Shown here: one piece after another, positions 59,821 through 64,000 of the stretch
Layout of the letters: every line of letters starts with the position of its first letter
Numbering within the stretch: the stretch's first letter is position 1
DNA from: Lophium mytilinum
Lineage: Eukaryota
Length of the DNA: 64,000 nucleotides
Assembly: GCA_010093605.1 (NCBI GenBank)
Contig: MU004191.1
Span: 480,816 to 544,815 of the forward strand
Reading direction: 5' to 3'
The notes under the pieces: model-generated
The model's database searches: none
The model's input: only the letters and a program-made list of their open reading frames with translations
Told to the model about the DNA's origin: nothing
Translations under genes and position numbers: made by a program

Positions 59821-61226
59821 GGAGCACAGTGCTGACCGTGTCGAGTTACTTGTTCTTGTACTATCTGTGATATCACTGTGTTGATGGCGTTAGGGACTCC
59901 ATAAGTGTGTCTTCTGCTAGCCTTATATTTCCAGGCTTTAACATGAACTTAAGCGTAATGATTGAGGCATCCACGAAATGGTTCACGGGAACTGGTTACG
60001 AAGCTGACGACCTTACGATTGTTGAGCAGGCTATGTATAATGTGTGTGAGCAAGCTCCACTTGAAAATTGAAGCCTTTGTGCTTAAGTAGAAATTGAACT
60101 CAAATGAAGGTTATCCATATCGGCACCCTGTCAAGCATCCCCCATTCCCGAGTCATCCCCGCATTTCCAACGCAGAAACCCTAGAAATAGACGAACAAGG
60201 GGGGGACAGTGCTTCCTTCTACGGCAAATCCTTCCGGTAGACTGTGCTCCCATGTCCGCTCCCGCGTTCCAATGTTCTAGAATTTGATCTTCCATGCACG
60301 CAGTACTCCAGCCTCCCAAGAATAGCTTCGACTCCCATCATTCATCGTTTGAAAGCTAGATAACTATCTCCAAGCTGCAGTATTATCATCGTATGTCCTA
60401 TTCTCGTTCCATCTAGCCTCCCGCCACATCCGCCGCTGTCAAAACGCCATCGCGGAGTCCCTCCGCACCATTCCTGACATTTCCCACGTGGCGCCTGCAT
60501 AACTTTATGACTCGTGCGGGACCCTTTCATCTTGCGCGTCGCCGTCCAATGAGACAAGTATACTGATGTCTTATACCACCTTCAGCCACCCCAATGCTAC
60601 TACGCAGGTGGCCCGAGTAATCAGCATTTACCAACACCGACAGCCATCAGCAACCAAAAGCGACGATGATCGTCATCACGTCCCAGCCTAACCTAATCAG
60701 TAAAAGTCGTCAAGAATAGAGATAGATAGCTCGTCCCTAGTTAGTACCGCCCGCTCGAGCTGGTCGACCGACCTCGAACCTAGTCAGCAGTTGGCTCGGG
60801 AGCAGTTTGAGGAAAGCAGTTGAGGTTGTGGTGGCACCGAATTGATGTAGTACTCTGGCAAACAGAGTCGCTGACTCAGCAACGCTAGGCCGTTTAATCG
60901 AGTCTGAGTGGACGGTGTAATCGTGCCAGCATGTATTGGGAAGTGGGTGGTCGCTTTTATGTCTTAGTTCTACTTCGCGGGGGTGTGTAGTCTTGCATAG
61001 TGTTGTGGCTCTTAGTTGTATGAGTAGGTACAGGCGGAATGTGACGATGAGCAGTGAGTTGAACGTAGACAGATGTGGTCAGTCCAGCCTCATCCTGCGG
61101 TATCCTTGATATTCTCTACCTTCACAAATGGTCCCTATCCAAAGCTCAACTCCAATCCCACACAAGGATTCCATTCGTCGACCTTACGACTTTACGAACT
61201 CCATACGCCTCGCCTTGAAAACCCCA

Positions 61227-62180
61227 TTACACCATCGCCGTCACCGTAACCGCCCTCTCACTCGTCTCCCGGCTCGCCTCTTCCCCCGCCTCCCCCTGCG
61301 CCATCGCCTTCGTCGACTGGATGATCGGCCGATGGCAGAGCGGGCAGTACTCGTTCCAGCGCGAGTACCAGTCGTCCAAACACTCTTGATGGAACGGGTG
61401 CAAACATCCCAAGCCACGGATGTTCGCCGCGTCTTCGATCTCCTCGAGGCAGATGACGCTGTCAGGTTTCCCACTATCAGTTTTGGCGAGCAGCAGTGGA
61501 GAGGCGGACTTACCATAAGGGATGCTGGGCGATAGTGACGTCGGGGTGCTCGGTGTGTTGCGTGTTGGCCCAGTCGAGGAAGTGCTGGGGTTTGAGGGAT
61601 TTGTCGAGGCGGGCCATGCGCTTTTTTTTGCGCTCTTCTTTGGATGAGGAGGTTTCGGCGGGGTTGAGGCGGGGGAGGATTAGGGCTCTGGATTTCATTA
61701 GCTTGGTGCTCTGGTAAGTAATTGAGTGATATGCTGCGCTGGGTGGGGAAAAGGTGGCACGCTTGAAAAGCCCTCTTGTGTGTACGTCTGTTTGCCAGTG
61801 CTTGGAGTGCTTCAACAGCTTTTGAAATAGCCCAGAGCGAAGCGCTTTCATCATATTCAAATGCATCAAGGTACTCCAGCCATTGGCTTACATGGATACA
61901 CACCCACACCGCGTCTTGCTCAAATCAAGAATGCCCATTTTCTTATACCATGCGTGCATGTGTACCTCCAACTAGGGCACAAACCAAACGAGCACACGAG
62001 TCTGAAGGCGTTGATATATTCAAGAATACAAGAGATGAAAGACGACAAGGTAAAAGTAAAAAATACTCACACTGCTATCAGTATCACCAGTACAATCGCG
62101 AAGAGAGCAGGAAGCACAATAGCGATAGTCGTAGTACCGCTCATATGGTCCGTCGAGTCGGGAGAAGTGTCGTTTGCCAT
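61227..62180 (-). CDS. Single-TM RING-H2 E3 ubiquitin ligase, multi-exon
   Basis: Exon 1 MANDTS...IAIVLPALFAIVLVILIA (TM). Spliced last exon gives CVIC...CLHPFHQEC...W...CPLC (C3H2C3). Middle exon structure inferred. Confidence 0.8.
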
Positions 62181-63266
62181 CTCTAATTTCTTGACGAATA
62201 GCCCCGACCAACTTTGATATCGAGATCTGACTAAGGTCGCGAGGAGGATTGAATATATCTTTACCGATCAAGCGTAGTTATGCGTAACGTGATCAATAAA
62301 AACAACCTAGTCTCAAGCGTTTCTTATCCTAGCCTCTCGTCCTGGTTGCTCCTCATACAAATACGCTCATCAACCCCCCTCGCACGGACGCCAGTCAGTA
62401 TATTCTATCAGCTATCTCGAGACGCAGGACGGTGTTCCTGCGCACTCCAGACTCTTCGCGAAGGCACACACCGCACATGAGCAGTCAAAGACTTTATTTC
62501 CGCGCTCCTGAGGTTGGATGTGCGGTGTTGCCCCTCACCTGATGCGCTGTTTGGCAAGATTAAAAAAGGGCCCGGGGAGAGGTCGCGCCACCAAGCCGGG
62601 TTCGCGTGATCATGCGGCAAGCCGTCGACTGCGCAACGGGGCTGCCTCGGGCGGAAAGAAAGTCGTGGAAGATGCTTGGTTCTTCTTGTGTGACGAGGAA
62701 GGCACATGCTGGCGAGGTTAGCTGTGATGTTGTGCGTCACAGATGCGAATGGGAGGGGGTCTGCGTGTTCGTTCTAAAGAAAAGCTGAGCGGGAATAGGA
62801 GCGGGGCTGGGATTAGGTTGTCGCTCATAGCTGCGTTGAGAGGGGTTATGCGTCAGTGATATCGGTTTTGTGTGATGGAGATGCTGTCTCGGGAGCGGGG
62901 GCGGGGCGCAGAAGTGAGGGGGTAGGTAGGTTGGTTGTGTGACAAGGGAGCTCCATCGTGATGCAAGAGCTTGCTTTTCATGAACTGTTATGTGTAGACA
63001 CGGGAGAATTAGCATAGTGGATAAGATAGCTCTTGAGCTTTCATAATTCAAATTTTGATTATGTGGTTTCGAAGTAAGCAACACCCTTGGAAGCCTTCTC
63101 CTCAGCATCCCAGACGCCATAGCTCCCCGAGAAAGCCAAGATCAACTTGCCCTCCATACCCGGAGCTTCATCAACTGAGTTCAGTAGTAGGCATGAGACC
63201 CGCATCCATTACTTCAACTAGCCCACCGGCTCCGCCCATCTCGTCCGGATATCCACAGCCACCAAC

Positions 63267-63869
63267 CTAGCTCTTCACGACAGCGACGAGGTAGTTTTCG
63301 CCGCCCACCGCTACTGCATGCACGAGCACATCCTCGCCGTATGCCCAGTCCTCCTTCTCACTGGACTCATCGTACTCCGCAAAGTCCGTCTTCTTGACAT
63401 CTTCATCCAGCAAGGTGGTTGCTGCCTTCTTGCTCGCCTCCTCACGTCCCTTGTATGTGCCCTCGATACTTGTCTCGCGCTTGCCGCCGCCACGGTCGAG
63501 GTTGTAGTGGATAGTTGTCTGCAGGATGTGGTATAGAGGGCCCTCAACCTTGCCGTCCGCATTGCCCACCAGCTCCGTGTCGTTCGGGGTCGTCTCGATG
63601 GCGACGGTGACGTTCTCGCCGTCTGTGACTTGAGCGAAGACTTGGAGGCCGTCAGGGTGCTTCCACTCGCCGCTGCCGTCCTTCACGTCGTAGACTTCGA
63701 AATTGCCCTTCTCGTAGCCTTCGTCGGTGAGAGCGGTTTTGGCTGCGGCTTTCGCGGCCGCAAGGTCGGTGTAGGTACCGCGGATGGCGACATTCTGCGT
63801 CGCGCCGGTCGGGTCGTTCTTGATGTCGTTGACCGTGCGCTTGATGTGGTAGAGTAGTTCGCCTGCCAT
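63267..63869 (-). CDS. Conserved fungal hypothetical protein with a tandemly duplicated domain
   Basis: 200-aa ORF, high GC3; both halves share LYHI..T....D..G......I.GTY.....A...A...L.DE......F..YD. Confidence 0.8.
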   Translation of the reverse strand: MAGELLYHIKRTVNDIKNDPTGATQNVAIRGTYTDLAAAKAAAKTALTDEGYEKGNFEVYDVKDGSGEWKHPDGLQVFAQVTDGENVTVAIETTPNDTELVGNADGKVEGPLYHILQTTIHYNLDRGGGKRETSIEGTYKGREEASKKAATTLLDEDVKKTDFAEYDESSEKEDWAYGEDVLVHAVAVGGENYLVAVVKS

Positions 63870-64000
63870 TGTGATTGCTGAAGTGTAATTGATATAGGGA
63901 GTTGTTTGTGAGCTGATAGTAGTAGTTGTTGCTGTTGGATTGAATCGTGTAGATATGTACTCAGGTGAGGAAGTGGAGGTGATAAGTACTAGAAGATTCT

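Overview
Gene-dense, intron-containing DNA from a filamentous ascomycete (Pezizomycotina; short GT-AG introns with CTAAC/CTGAC branch points). The left end holds a fungal biotin cluster: the 3' end of bioB, bioF ending in a PTS1 signal, and a divergent fused bioD-bioA gene. The rest is mostly housekeeping genes (SEN34, ELP4, NUP84, SDH4, MPP-beta, Maf, S28 peptidase, amino acid permease, GFA-like, EF-hand NADH dehydrogenase, KEI1, acyl-CoA dehydrogenase, HSP20, Tyr-type bHLH, TM-RING-H2 ligase) plus orphan or low-complexity genes. Features the ORF track misses include a degenerate MITE-like/dispersed repeat family with RIP-like divergence flanking an atypical intronless P450, a triple-arm foldback, a GC-AG intron in SDH4, a minisatellite-expanded intron, a spliced 80-aa microprotein and a possible H/ACA-like RNA. 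I found no convincing wholly new multi-gene system. All calls come from manual reading and motif recognition; no database searches were run.
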